A stretch of 64,000 bases of DNA from the human T2T-CHM13v2.0 reference genome, Homo sapiens: assembly GCF_009914755.1 (NCBI RefSeq), contig NC_060929.1; one strand, 5' to 3'. The notes beneath the pieces were generated by a model. It was not told where the DNA came from, searched no databases, and saw nothing but the letters and a program-made list of their open reading frames with translations. The position numbers and the translations under genes are program-made. Numbering within the stretch: the first letter of the stretch is position 1; the number at the start of each line of letters is the position of its first letter. This document shows, in pieces, positions 1 through 33,135 of this stretch.

Positions 1-2420
<2,420 letters not shown>

Positions 2421-2982
2421 GATAGATTTTCTTTTTTATTTACTTATGGTAGGAATGGCCTTCATTGGTTGCAATAGGAAGCGAAAGAGGAGACCTGAAA
2501 TCAAATGAAAAAGCGTAAGCATCCTGGGGAGAAGCCCACTGGATCTCAGTTCTGCCCTGCTCAGGAAAGTTCAGTATCCAGGTGACTGAGAACAGAACCG
2601 GCTGGCACCAAAGACATGATTTTGAGGGGGCCGGAGCCCTTTCCCTTTGCCTCCATACATAACAGGAGCAGGACCACACACTCAGTCCCTGACAAGAAAA
2701 GGAGGGTGGATTTTCTAAACTATGATATTCACCATTAAAATTAACAAGTTAACAGAAGTAATATTTTTTGAAAACAGGTTTTCTAATTGTACTACACATG
2801 ATCATGACTTCTTAAATGGAACACATGTACATGAAGACTGGGAACCAAACAAATGTTAACTTATGAGTATCAACTGCTCCTTATACCCTCACACAGTGAC
2901 AGCAGTGGGAGTTATTTAGCAGGATAGGGCTTTTTGCTCCCAGCCTATAATGTTCCAGCTCGTGTGGTTTTCCGCTTTTTGA

Positions 2983-3343
<361 letters not shown>

Positions 3344-5263
3344 TTCAGTAGCATAATACTTTTTAAAATATGGCATCTAATAGCTTAGGAGACACTCACA
3401 TTATCACATTTGAGCATAAACCTATGATGGAGGTATTGTCTTTTACAGATAAAGAAACTGAGGCTCTAAGAGATTCTGTAAGTTGTGGAAGTAAAGCTAT
3501 TGTGATCAAGTTGGGACAGGTCTTCCGACTCCCAAGTCTTTTGACCTATCCACTCTCCCCACCATCACTGTGCAGTGAGAGGGACAAAGGGCTTGGCATG
3601 GTATCAGAAACTAAACTGTTTTCTCAAAACCAGGCTAAATATTCTCCCCAGTGAGTAAACTCAGTTGTAGCCAAACTAAATGCTGTTCCATAGTCAATCA
3701 ATGAATGTAGTAAATGGACTCTGTCAGGCATATGCACTACTAAGGGATTCCCCCCTTTTTCAAAATTCAAACTTTATTCTTCAGACTGTCAGTTTTTAGA
3801 ATAGTGCTAAGGTTTTGCTTTTAAATGAAACGGAAGACAGATATTTTGGCCACGGAAGACTTGCACATTACTCAGAGCAAATATTACCAGCATTCACAAT
3901 GTCTCCCTCACAAGAATAGCAGATTAGTCAACTAAATATTAGCTAACAACCATGCTATTGCTATCTAAAGGGAACTTTGTCTAACTGCATAACATTGTAA
4001 CAAATGCTCTTCTAATTAGATATATAATCCTGAAGGGAAACAAGATCATACTTTGAAACAGAGGATTTTAATAGGACAGAGAAGCAGCAAAGATAGAAAT
4101 ATCTACTAAAGATATTCTAGACACCTAACCATTTCATTCCCACTTTAAAATTGAAAGAATAAAAACGTGTTAAGGAAATAGCTTAATCCTGGGGAAGGGT
4201 GGGCTTTAAAAGCTATAGATCGTAATTTAAGAAAGCAAACAAACATTTCAAGCACACCAAGGGCATTCCAAATACCCATGAGCCACTATCAGCTTAAGCA
4301 ATAAAACATTACAAATACAACTCAAGCCCTGCATGACTCCTCCCAGATTCCCTTATCCTTCATCTGTCCTCAGAAGTAACCACTATCCTGAATTTGGTGT
4401 TTGTGTTTCCCACGTTTAAATATTTTTACATGGGTAGGAATCCATAAAAAATATAGTAACATTATTTTTCATATTTATTTTTACAAATGTCATTGCATAT
4501 ATTTTGATAACACAATACCTGCACTATACACACAGTTCAAAAGTACAAAAGCATCTATGGTGCAACACAATGTCCTCCTTTACCTAGTCCCCTATACTGA
4601 GCAACTAACGTAACCAGTCTTGTGTGTATCTTTAAAGAGACATACTCTATATATAAAAGCAGTCACATTTAAGATACAGATTTGCCCCTGCCTTTTATAC
4701 ATAAGTGGTAGGCATATTGAACACACTGTTCTACTTTTTCCTCTTAAAAATACACCTTGGAAATTGTTCTCTAAAATATACAAAGTTCCTCCCTTTTTCT
4801 TCCTTAATGTTTGCAAGGTATTTCACTATATGGATAAACCATAACTATTACTATTAGAAAGGTTACTTCGAAAGTTTTGTATTAATATTTACAACAATAT
4901 GGCAGCGAATAACCCATTATTTCATACACGAGTACATCTATAAAATAATTCCTAGAAGTTGAATTGTTAGGTTAATTTTAATAAATGCTGTCACTCTCTC
5001 ATGTAGAGGTAGGATACCAATTTATACTCTACCAGCATTGTATGAGTGGTTCTGTAGGTTTCTAAAATTTATATAAATAACAGCAAACTATACATATTCT
5101 TATACAACTTGCTTTCGAGGTCTAACCTTATATTTTTAAGATTCATTCACACTGATATATATAGCTCTAGTTCATGTTTATAATTTTTACTTAAAGGAAT
5201 TTTTAAATAACTTCTACTATGATTCATTCACAAAGTACCTATGTAGCTGAAATTGCAGTTTTA

Positions 5264-5640
<377 letters not shown>

Positions 5641-6266
5641 TCATTTGCCGAAGATACACCCAGCCTACCAAAGAGACCATCTTCTCTAGAAAAACTAACA
5701 AAGACTGCCATTTTAATGATATTACTCTGCTCATCCATGCTTTTTTTGGGCAGAGGGAAGGCCCACAAGGGCACAGAACCTAACATCTTGATAACTAGAA
5801 GGAAAAAAAAAAGATGCCTTGGAAACAATAAAGACAATTCAAGCATAATCACAAAATAACCCTAGTTTTCTGTAAACTTTCCTCTCAAAATGCTACCACT
5901 AAGTAACCAAACAAATTTTTTGGCCTGTAACAGGAAACAATCACTCCGAACTTCCAGCCTACTCTCCCCGCAAAATTAAATTTCCTATAAGCATGGAATA
6001 TCATACTTAGACTTTTTCTGCATATCAATATCATATATTTTATTAGATCCCTCTTCATGTTAAATTTACCAATATGTATAAGTAATTTTTAAAGCTTTCT
6101 TTACTCCAAATTGTCTAAACATATGGTTAACCCTATTATTTGCAAGAATTCTTGCATAATTAAGGCTGTTGGTGTTTAATTACCAACATCACCACAATAG
6201 TGGCCATTTCTGTGTGTTCACTGAGTATCCATGTCCCCCTTTCTCTCTCCTAACAACATCCATTTA

Positions 6267-7923
<1,657 letters not shown>

Positions 7924-8537
7924 AAGATGTCTCCCACCCACCCACCTCTGTTGCACACACACATCAAAGGGTGGGTCATACTCCTCCAAGGGCAATGCCA
8001 TCCCCCTTGCTAATGCCTGCTTAGGAATACAAGCATAAGCCAACTGGCACATGGCATTCCTAGCCAGAGGGACTGGATGAGCCAATGAGACTCATAAGAG
8101 ATATGCTGGCCTTCCCTGCTGGAAGGACTTATCTGTGGAAAGAGAACCACAGATAAGTTCTTTACTAGGCAAAGCTAGATTTTCTATTACTTGTGGCAAA
8201 AAGCATCCCAACTGTTAACTTAAAAAATGAACAGGTTAAAGATTCTGATCAACATCAACAAATGTGATTATGAACAAATTTAACCATATCTATGAAACCT
8301 ATGATCCTTGGACTAATATTGGCCTTTGTACATTTGGAGAGTTTGTTGACTTTAACAGAATATGGTACTCCAAGAGAAGTTAGTGTGGGTGGGGAAGTGA
8401 AGGTTAAGAAACAGCAAAGTCACTGGAGACATTTGTGTCACAGCCGTATCACAGATCAAATCCAGAAGATGAAAAATCTCTTCCTGCTTTACTACCTGCC
8501 ATGCCAAAAACCACTTAGCAAATACGAAAACAGACCT

Positions 8538-8850
8538 GGCCGGGCACAGTGGCTCACGCCTGTAATCCCAGCACTTTGGGAGGCTGAGGTGGGTAGATCA
8601 CCTGAGGTCAGGAGTTCGAGACCAGCCGGGCCAACATGGTGAAACCCCATCTCTACTAAAAATATGAAATTAGCCGGGTGTGGTGGTGGGCGCCTGTAAT
8701 TCCAGCTACTCAGGAGGCTGAGGCAGGAGAACTGCTTGAACCCAGGAAGCGGAGGTTGCAATGAGCCAAGATCACACCACACGGCACTCCAGCCTGGGCA
8801 ACAGAGCAAGACCCCATCTCGGGAAAAGAAAAAAGAAAAAAGAAAAAAAA
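8538..8850 (+). mobile_element. AluS
   Basis: Full dimer; agacct direct repeats on both flanks. Confidence 0.9.
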
Positions 8851-9590
8851 ATAGACCTGACTTTATTCAAGCATTCAAGTCTATATTAGGGGAATGATGA
8901 ACACCCTAATCCAGGCAGAACTCTGGGAAGGGATGGGGGCAAAAATGAACATTTTTTTTTTTACAAACACTTGTAAACTAAAAAGCAGTTTGTAATTGCT
9001 AACAAGAAATATCATAGCCAAAGATAAAGTTAAAACTTCCATGGCACAGAAACATCTTACTGGCCTTATATGGACCTGTCCTAATAGCTGTTATTACCCA
9101 ATTCTGGCATTTGCTTCTTACTTCCTCCTGACATTGTCCGCCTTGCCGATTTTCATAAGAAGGTTCAGGCAGTTGCTTCCCTGTGGGATATACAACAATT
9201 TTCCAATTCTATGACTCAGAAAATGGCAAGAGAAGGAAGCGTTCTTCTCTTCTAACCCTAAATAAAATCAGAAACTGTTTATTTAGCTCTGGAAGAGTAA
9301 GGCTCAGTTGAGTTACCGTACAGACTTTGGCAAACTTTTTTTCTTTCAAGTCAAATATTTACCAAGAACTTAGTATATGCAAGTCAGTCTATTATTTATC
9401 CAAAGCCAATGCATGAATTATTTTTATCAGTTCCAAACTTCCTTTCTCTGCATCCCTTATAACAAAGTCAAATATGTTAAAGAAAAAAAAAATCATGCCT
9501 TACAAAACTTGCAATTAAACGTTTTTTTGCCAGAATTGGTGGACTGTAGAGCAAGTTTATTTCCAGAATAGTGTTTTGAAAGAGTCCACA

Positions 9591-9716
9591 CTTTTCTTTT
9601 AATTTCAATAGCTTTAGGGGTACAAGTGGCTTTTGGTTACATAGATGAACTGCATAGTGGTGAAGTCTGGGCTTTTAGTGTACCCGTCACCCGAATGCTG
9701 TACAATGCACCCAATA
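9591..9716 (-). mobile_element. Very short L1PB-like 3' end
   Basis: atttcaatagctttaggggtacaagtggcttttggttacatagatgaa...; resembles the L1PB 3' end at 30745-31182. Confidence 0.6.
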
Positions 9717-10079
9717 CACCTTTCTTAAAACAAAAGTTCGAATGATGTGCACTTAAAGAGTTTATTAGAATACAAATAACCTTTGAAAATAAGTGGAAAT
9801 GAACTGTACTAATAAAGTAATAAATACTATCTGGAGGCAACATCTGAACTAACAACGAAGTTTCGCACGGAGAAACTCCTGTTAATTCGGAAACACTAAA
9901 GGCACAGTCTCATTCAGAACGTAAACCATGCATCGCAAATACTGAACCAGTTTATACTCATTAACTGCTCCGAAGGAAACCAGTGATCCTTTCCGACGAC
10001 ATGGTCTTTAAAAAAAATGATGTCGGCTACCCACAAAGAAACCTTACTTCTGCGGAAACACATTTCGCACTCGGGAAAC

Positions 10080-11350
<1,271 letters not shown>

Positions 11351-12886
11351 CTTCTGGAGGTGATCCTGAAATTTTCTCCCCAAAGCAAGCTCTGTTGCGA
11401 GGAGCAGGCTGGGGATATGTGCAAGTGAATGTGTATTCCAAGAGGGGGATGATACGCAGATCTTTTGGTGTATAGGAATTAATACTTTTAGATTATCAGT
11501 AAAATGTATACTTTCACTGGACTGAGAGAGAACAAGGCTTACGGTTACATCAACCGGATCAACAAATATTTATTGTACTTGTAATGAGTAATACTTAGTC
11601 TATTATATAAACATAAATGGAACCATACCATAGCATAAAGTCTGTTTATTTTTCATAAAATGTTTGAGTTTGTTACTCAATTCCACTCCTCTGATTAGTA
11701 GTCAAAATCAAGTGTTCTGTTTTAAAAAGTTTATATTCTCTCAATTTTGGAATGTCATAGCATTGGGCCAGTGTCAATGGCCCAAAAAAACAAAATTTAC
11801 CTTCATGAAAAGAGTATAAAAAAAGAAAAAAACTAAAAATGTCATTTTTAATCCCACAAAAATCAATTACCCAACTCTCCTGATTTTCTCCTCTCTGTTT
11901 CTGAAATCAAAGTAACATGCATTAGGCACTGTTTTGTTCCAAGGAAGATATTGCAGGAGAAGCAAAAGTTTCTGCCTTTGAGCTTAGAATTACACCAGAT
12001 AAGCAGGGAACAGTTCCAGCTAGCCTTAATCAAGTTCCTACTGTATTGAGGACTGCACATTGTTTGAAGGGCAAAAAGTTAAGAAATCTTTGATTACTGA
12101 TGTATTTGGGGGGCAGGTGGTGTAGTGGTTACTGTTTTAACTTTTGGTGTCTGGCTTTTTCACTTTTATCTGTTTGACTTTTGAGTTTCTACACAAGGCA
12201 TCTCTGTAAAGCAGAATTTTTGGATTTTGGATCTCTGTAAAACAGAAATAGCTCTCTGGATTCCCGTGTGGGGCAGGGAACCTTAAACTCCCTCCCCTCC
12301 CCAAATAGCACCTTAAATTACTTTTAAGTTTTTATTATATCTAGAATTTAACCCAGGAAAGTTCTGCCATTTCTTCTAACCTGAAAGAAAAAGATCTGAC
12401 AACATCTCTTCCCAGGCCCAAGGGTGGGAGAGTGCCCATAGGGGGAAAAAAAAAGGAAAAGATAGCAAAGTACCTCAGCTGTGTACCACTCACTGAGCAT
12501 GCTGCAAGGAACAAACTGAAGCTGAGTTTTGCAAATCCATTTGCCAGTCTCTTCGTGAAACTATGAAAACTCAAGAAAGTAACATAACCTTTTTTTTTAG
12601 TAGAAACATCAGTTTGTTTCTGCTTTGTGCTGTTGTAGATTATAATTCTATTTAATAAATAGTCATTAAATGGCATTTACACTTAAAAGCATTGTTGGGG
12701 AGATAAAACCTAGAATTATAGATCAAAAAATTGGATAGAAACTTAGACATCATCTTATCCAGTTTCCCATAGTCTCTGTTTAAAGCAGCTTTAATTGCTC
12801 AGTGTTTTAATTTTGGTTTTGTTTCTTTTCCATTCATGTTGAGTTAAAAACCGAATCCAATTCACTGTTTGTAAGACTACTGTCTT

Positions 12887-14195
12887 GCCCCCCGCCCGGC
12901 CGGCCGCCACGTCCGGGAGGTGAGGGGCGCCTCTGCCCGGCCGCCCCTACTGGGAAGTGAGGACCCCTCTGCCCGGCCAGCCGCCCCGTCCGGGAGGGAG
13001 GTGGGGGGGTCAGCCCCCCGCCCGGCCAGCCGCCCCATCCGGGAGGGAGGTGGGGGGGTCAGCCCCCCGCCCGGCCAGCCGCCCCGTCCGGGAGGGAGGT
13101 GGGGGGGGTCAGCCCCCCGCCCGGCCAGCCGCCCCGTCTGGGAGGGAGGTGGGGGGATCAGCCCCCCGCCTGGCCAGCCGCCCCGTCCGGGAGGTGAGGG
13201 GCGCCTCTGCCCGGCCGCCCCTACTGGGAAGTGAGGACCCCTCTGCCCGGCCAGCCGCCCCGTCCGGGAGGGAGGTGGGGGGGTCAGCCCCCCGCCCGGC
13301 CAGCCGCCCTATCCAGGAGGTGAGGGGCGCCTCTGCCCGGCCGCCCCTACTGGGAAGTGAGGAGCCCCTCTGCTCGGCCAGCCGCCCAGTCCGGGAGGGA
13401 GGTGGGGGGGTCAGCCCCCCGCCCGGCCAGCCGCCCTATCCAGGAGGTGAGGGGCGCCTCTGCCCGGCCGCCCCTACTGGGAAGTGAGGAGCCCCTCTGC
13501 CCGGCCAGCCGCCCCGTCTGGGAGGGTGGTGGGGGGGTCAGCCCCCCGCCCGGCCAGCCGCCCCATCCGGGAGGTGAGGGGCGCTTCTGCCCGGCCGCCC
13601 CTACTGGGAAGTGAGGAGCCCCTCTGCCCGGCCACGACCCCGTCTGGGAGGTGTGCCCAGCGGCTCATTGGGGATGGGCCATGATGACAATGGCGGTTTT
13701 GTGGAATAGAAAGGCGGGAAGGGTGGGGAAAAAATTGAGAAATCGGATGGTTGCCGGGTCTGTGTGGATAGAAGTAGACATGGGAGACTTTTCATTTTGT
13801 TCTGTACTAAGAAAAATTCTTCTGCCTTGGGATCCTGTTGATCTGTGACCTTATCCCCAACCCTGTGCTCTCTGAAACATGTGCTGTGTCCACTCAGGGT
13901 TAAATGGATTAAGGGCGGTGCAAGATGTGCTTTGTTAAACAGATGCTTGAAGGCAGCATGCTCGTTAAGAGTCATCACCACTCCCTAATCTTAAGTACCC
14001 AGGGACACAAACACTGCGGAAGGCCGCAGGGTCCTCTGCCTAGGAAAACCAGAGACCTTTGTTCACTTGTTTATCTGCTGACCTTCCCTCCGCTATTGTC
14101 CTATGACCCTGCCAAATCCCCCTCTGCGAGAAACACCCAAGAATGATCAATAAAAAAAAAATAAAAAATAAAAAAAAAATTTAAAAAAAAAAAAA
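12887..14195 (+). mobile_element. 5'-truncated SVA retrotransposon (VNTR + SINE-R + poly(A)), probably SVA_E
   Basis: GC-rich SVA VNTR ~12887-13650; SINE-R ~13650-14148; AATAAA 14149-14154; A tail; exact TSD AAGACTACTGTCTT at 12873-12886 and 14196-14209; no CCCTCT hexamer or Alu-like domain. Subfamily is from recalled diagnostic positions. Confidence 0.93.
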
Positions 14196-14635
14196 AAGAC
14201 TACTGTCTTAAGAAGCCTCCTGTATTCCTTTGCTTTTTCTCTTAATTACCTTTTTAAATTTTTTGTCACATTTTCTTCCACCCTGTCTTCCTTTCATTCT
14301 CCCATTGATCTATCCCCAAATGTTCACTTCCTTCATTCTTCAAGCTTTTGTTAACTGCCAGACGCTATAGAAAATTACATTTTTCTAAAAAATGAAAAGT
14401 CATAGTCCCTACCTTGAAAGAGCTCATGGTCTACAGTAGCAGTCCTCTATATTCCACCATCCCCCACCCATCCAGGAGAGATAATATTTACATACTCACC
14501 ATTCTACCAGGGGGAAGCAAAGATAAGGTAGACCCTGGCTTACTCCCAGTTTCCTGACCTATCTGTTGTAACTCTACCCCATCTCAGTAAAATGTATTGG
14601 AATATAAGTGGGCAGGAGTTACATTAGAGAAGTAA

Positions 14636-21989
<7,354 letters not shown>

Positions 21990-22005
21990 TTGTCTTATAC
22001 TTAGA

Positions 22006-22348
22006 TGTTATGGATTGAATGTTTGTGTCCCTCCCAAAATTCATGTATTGAAATTCTAATTCTCCGTGTGATTATATTAGGAGGTGGGTCTTTGGTGGGT
22101 AATTAGGTCATGAAGGTAGAGCCCTCATAAATGAAAGCGACTCCAGAGAAGTCTCTGGCTCTTTCCTTTCACCACATGAGGCTACAACAAAAAGTCAGCA
22201 GTCTGCAAACCCAAAGGAGGCCCGCATCAGAACCCAACCATACTGGCACCCTGATTTCAAGCTTGCAGCTTCCATTACTGTGAGAAATTTCTGTTGTTTA
22301 TAAAGCCACCCAGTCTATGGTATTCTGTTACAGCAACTGAATGAGATA
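22006..22348 (+). mobile_element. MaLR solo LTR (MLT1A/MST-like)
   Basis: tgttatggattgaatgtttgtgtccctcccaaaattcatgt ... gccacccagtctatggtattctgttacagca. Confidence 0.75.
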
Positions 22349-22369
22349 GGGGAAAAAAAAACACTTTTT

Positions 22370-27190
<4,821 letters not shown>

Positions 27191-27292
27191 ACAGCCTCAA
27201 ATGCTTTTGCAAGAAGCAAAATATAAAACATAAAAACATTTAAGCAAGATTGGTCTCCACTTGAATATATTTTTTCAAACATTTGAAAATAG

Positions 27293-27529
<237 letters not shown>

Positions 27530-27795
27530 TAGCAGAGACAGAGTTTCACCATCTTGGCCAGGATGGTCTTGATCTCTTGACCTCGTGATCTGCCCGCCTC
27601 AGCCTCCCAAAGTGCTGGGATTATAGGCATGAGCCACAGCACCCGGCCCATTAACTGTATGTTTCAAGAGAAAATACTCCAAAGAACTAAGCAATTGTAT
27701 AGCTTTGGTGGTTTCAGTAATTAATAATGTAAGAAAGAAAAGATAAAGACCTAATTATTTTTCTTTTTCTGTAAAGAACATTATTCCTTACGTAA

Positions 27796-28149
27796 TGCTA
27801 TGGTGTGAATGTTTGTGTCCTGCCAAAATTCAGATGTTGAAAACTAACCCTCAATGATATTAAGAGGTGGGGCCTTTGGGAGGTGATTAGATCATGAGAA
27901 CTTTGCTCTTGTGAATGAGATTTAATGGCCTTATTAAAATGGCCCCAGAGAGCTGCTTTTCCCTTCTGTTACGTGAGGATAGCAAGAAGGCACCATCTTT
28001 GAAGCAGAGAGCCCTTACCAGACACCAAGACTGTCTGTGCCTTGATGTTGATTTCACAGCCTCTAGAACTGTGAGCTATACATTTCTATTGTTTATACAT
28101 TATCCAGTCTAAGGCATTTTGTTATAGCAGCCCAAACAAATTAAGACAC
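27796..28149 (+). mobile_element. MaLR solo LTR (MLT1A/MST-like)
   Basis: TG...CA termini: tgctatggtgtgaatgtttgtgtcc ... ttgttatagcagcccaaacaaattaagaca. Confidence 0.75.
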
Positions 28150-29462
28150 ATACATAATCAGTATATGGAATTACTAATTTAATTCTCACAGTCTTTGTAT
28201 CTGTTATTTCTCTTACACAGAGTAAAACAATTAAATTCAAGTATATCATGAAATGTGTTGAGCTTTTAATTTCAGAAATTAAGCTGGTTTTATGAGGGAA
28301 GTTCACTTTCTTTCTGTTAGGAATTTGTTCGGATATACTTTATTTTTTCTGAAATGGGTCAAATTGCTTAACTAAGAAATTTTAACACAGAGGATTTTCT
28401 AGGTGCTTCATTGGATTACGTATGCTATAATTGGCCTTTACTAAAAGCCTTTTTTTTTTGGTCTGGAATTAAGACTTTATCATGTTTTTTACTTGCTTAG
28501 GCTTCTATGTACTTATTATTAATTCAACCCAAACTCTCTACCAATTGTCTGAAATATTTCAAGACATTGAAATGCATACGGTGTGTTATCAGTTTCATCT
28601 TGAACACAGCTATCCTGGAGCTTTCTTACCTGCTTCAATTGTTTGCCTCCCACTCCCGTCTCACAGTTATCACCCAAAATTTTTCCTTCAACACCATCCT
28701 GGATATGCCTTTTCTCCTTCTCTTGTGTTGGATTTATTGTTTTCTGCATGCCATAGTTTTCCTTTTGTGTGTTTTTGTTTTTCTTTTTTTTTCCTCCCTA
28801 GTTTTAGGAGAAACGTGTCCCACAAGTAGTTTTATGAGAAAGGCTCAGGGAAGCACATTTTTCTGAGACTATATTTGTTGAAAATCTTTATTCTATTCTT
28901 ACACTTTATAGTTTGGCTGGATATATATATATATAGGGTTTTAAGTTGGAAAACATTTCCTTCAGAATTTTGAAGGTATTGCTCCATCGTCTTCTAATTT
29001 CTCTTATTCTTTCTTTTCAAAGTTAAGTTTACTGAAGTATAATTTACATACAGTAAAATTCACCCTAAGTGTAGAGTTTTATATATATATATGTATGTGT
29101 ATATATATGTGTGTATATATATATGTGTATATATATATATGTGTGTGTGTGTGTATATATATTTTATTAATTTTTTTTTAAGTAAAGACGGAGTCTCACA
29201 TTGTTGCTCAGGCTGGTCTCGAACTCCTGAGCACAAGTAATCCTCCTGCCTCGGCCTCCCGAAGTGCTAGGATTACAGATTTGAGCCACCCTGCCTGGCC
29301 TAGGTGTAGAGTTCTATGAGCTTCAAAAAATGTATATAGTTGTGGCCAGGTGCAGTGGCTCATGCCTGTAATCCCACACTTTTGGAGGCCAAGGCGGGCA
29401 GATCACCTGAGGTCAGGAGCTCGAGACCAGCCTGACCAATATGGAGATACCCCTCTCTACTA

Positions 29463-29704
<242 letters not shown>

Positions 29705-30175
29705 TCACCCAAAAACATTCCCTTATGCCTTTTTGATTTCTGTCCCTCTAGTTTTGCCTTCTTCAGAATGTCATATAAAGAGAATTGTGGCCAGGTACAG
29801 TGGCTCATGCCTATAATCCCAGCATTTTGGGAGGCCAAGGCAGGTGGTCCATTTGATGTCAAGAGTTCGAGACCAGGCTGGGCGTGGTGGCTCACGCCTG
29901 TAATCCCAGCACTTTGGGAGGCCAAGGCGGGCAGATCCCAAAGGTCGGGAGTTGGAGACCAGCCTGGGCAACATGGCAAAATCCCGTTTCTACTAAAAAT
30001 ACAAAAATTAGCCGGGCCTGGTCGTGGGTGCCTGTAATCCTAGCTACTAGGGAGGCTGAGGCAGGAGAATTGCTTGAACCCAGGAGGCAGAAGTTGCAAT
30101 GAGCGAGATCATACCATTGCACTCCAGCCTGGGCAACAGAGTGAGACTCCATCTCAAAAAAAAAAAAATAGTTCA

Positions 30176-30502
<327 letters not shown>

Positions 30503-30744
30503 TCAGTAGTTCATTTATTTTTATTGATGAATAGTATTCCATTGTATGCATATACCAAAATTTGTCCATTCTCTACTTACAATGTTTAAGTTGTTTCCAG
30601 TTCTTGGAGCAGGAATAGCCTTCTATAAACATTCACACACAAGACTGTGTTTTCATTCTTCTCGAGTAGATATAGTTAAGAGTGGGATTGCTGGGGTTGT
30701 ATAGTAAATGTATTGTTCACTTTATAAGAAACAGCCGCATTAAA

Positions 30745-31182
30745 AATTTTTTATTTCAATAGTTTTTAGGGTCCAGGTGGTTTCTGGTTACATGGATACA
30801 TTCTTTAGTGGTGATTTCTGAAACTTTAACGCACCCATCACCCAAGCAGTGTACAGTGTACCCAATATACAGTCTTTTATACCTAATTTTCCTCCTGAAC
30901 TTCCCTGATAAGTCCCCAAAGTCCATTACATCATTCTTATGCCTTTGCATCCTCATAGATTAGCTGCCACTTATAAGTGAGAACATATATTTGGTTTTTC
31001 ATTCCTGAGTTGCTTCACTTAGAATAATGGCCACTAGCTCCATCCAAGTTGCTGCAAAAGACATTATTTCATTCCTTTTTATGGCTGAGTAGTATTCTAC
31101 TGTGTATATAAAACACATTTTCTTTATCCACTCGTTGGTTGATGGGCACTTAAGTTGGTTATCTTTGCAATTGCGAATTGTG
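30745..31182 (-). mobile_element. Truncated L1PB-like 3' end inserted in an older L1
   Basis: Reverse complement of the same 3' UTR type seen at 7680-7900; AGAAACAGCC direct repeats at 30727-30736 and 31183-31192. Confidence 0.75.
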
Positions 31183-31513
31183 AGAAACAGCCAAATTTTT
31201 TTCAAAGTGGCCGTATCATTTTTCATTTCTACCAGCAAAGAATTTCTCATTGGCACTTGATATTGTCATTGTATATTTTTTATTTTAGCCATTCTAGTAG
31301 ATGTGCAATATTATTCCATTGTATTTCAATTTGCATTTCCCTAAGGACTAATGATGTTGAGCATCTTTGCATCTGTTTATTTGTCATGCATATTTATTAT
31401 TTGATGAACTATCTGTTCAGATATTTTGCCCATTTAAAAAAATTGGTTTTGGCCAGGCTCGGTGGCTCACGCCTGTAATCCCAGCACTTTGGGAGGCCGA
31501 GGCGGATGGATCA

Positions 31514-31801
<288 letters not shown>

Positions 31802-31865
31802 TCACTCTGTGCAGTGGCATGATCTCCACTCACTGCAACCTCCACCTCCCAGGTTCAAGTGATAT

Positions 31866-31874
<9 letters not shown>

Positions 31875-31918
<44 letters not shown>
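31875..31918. repeat. (TA)22 microsatellite
   Basis: Uninterrupted TA run. Confidence 0.95.
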
Positions 31919-31925
<7 letters not shown>

Positions 31926-32611
31926 CATACATGTATTTATATATTTTCTCCAAACCTTTTTATTTTCTTGTGTCTTTTGGAAAACAGAGAGTTTAGTTGT
32001 GATAAAGCCCAATTTATCATTTAAAAAAATAGATAGTGCTTTTTATGTCGTATCTAAGAAATCTTTGCCTAACTCTAAGTCACAAAGATTTTCTCCTGTT
32101 TTTCTCATAGGTTTCTAGAATTTTAGGTTTTACATTTATATCGTTGATCCATCCTGACTTAGTGGTACAAGTCAAGGTTTGAGAGTCTTTTAATTTTATT
32201 AAAAATATTTTTTCTGTTCACCTGCAGTTCCATGCAGAGATTCTACTTATTTATTTATTTAACTCTGTTAAGTCTCAGAACAGAGACTCTATTTTTATTT
32301 TATTTTTGCATATGGATGTCTAGTTGTTCCAGTACCATTTGCTGAAAAGATTATCCTTTCTTGATTGAATTACCTTGACATCTTTGTCAAAAATCAATGA
32401 CCATATTTCTGTGAGCCTATATCTGGATTCCATTATGTTTCACTGGTGTATATATCTATTATTACACCAATACTCACTATCTTGACTACTGAAGCTAGTA
32501 AAGCCTTGGTTGTTTTTGTTTGTTTGTTTGTTTGAAGAGCTGTTTTACTATTCCATTAAGATATGCCATAATTTATTTAACTCAACCTCAACCTCTACTT
32601 AGGGGATTTAG

Positions 32612-33135
<524 letters not shown>

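Noticed and set aside
11763-12250. 8-bp hairpin TTGGGCCA/TGGCCCAA (~11763-11785) and 17-bp direct repeat ATCTCTGTAAA.CAGAA (~12200-12247)
   Set aside because: Short; compatible with chance or local slippage, with no supporting context
12887-13650. Regular repeats with variable units, superficially like a CRISPR array
   Set aside because: SVA VNTR in a eukaryotic genome; no unique spacers or cas genes
12920-14146. Repetitive ORFs of 64-176 aa
   Set aside because: Translations of the SVA VNTR and SINE-R
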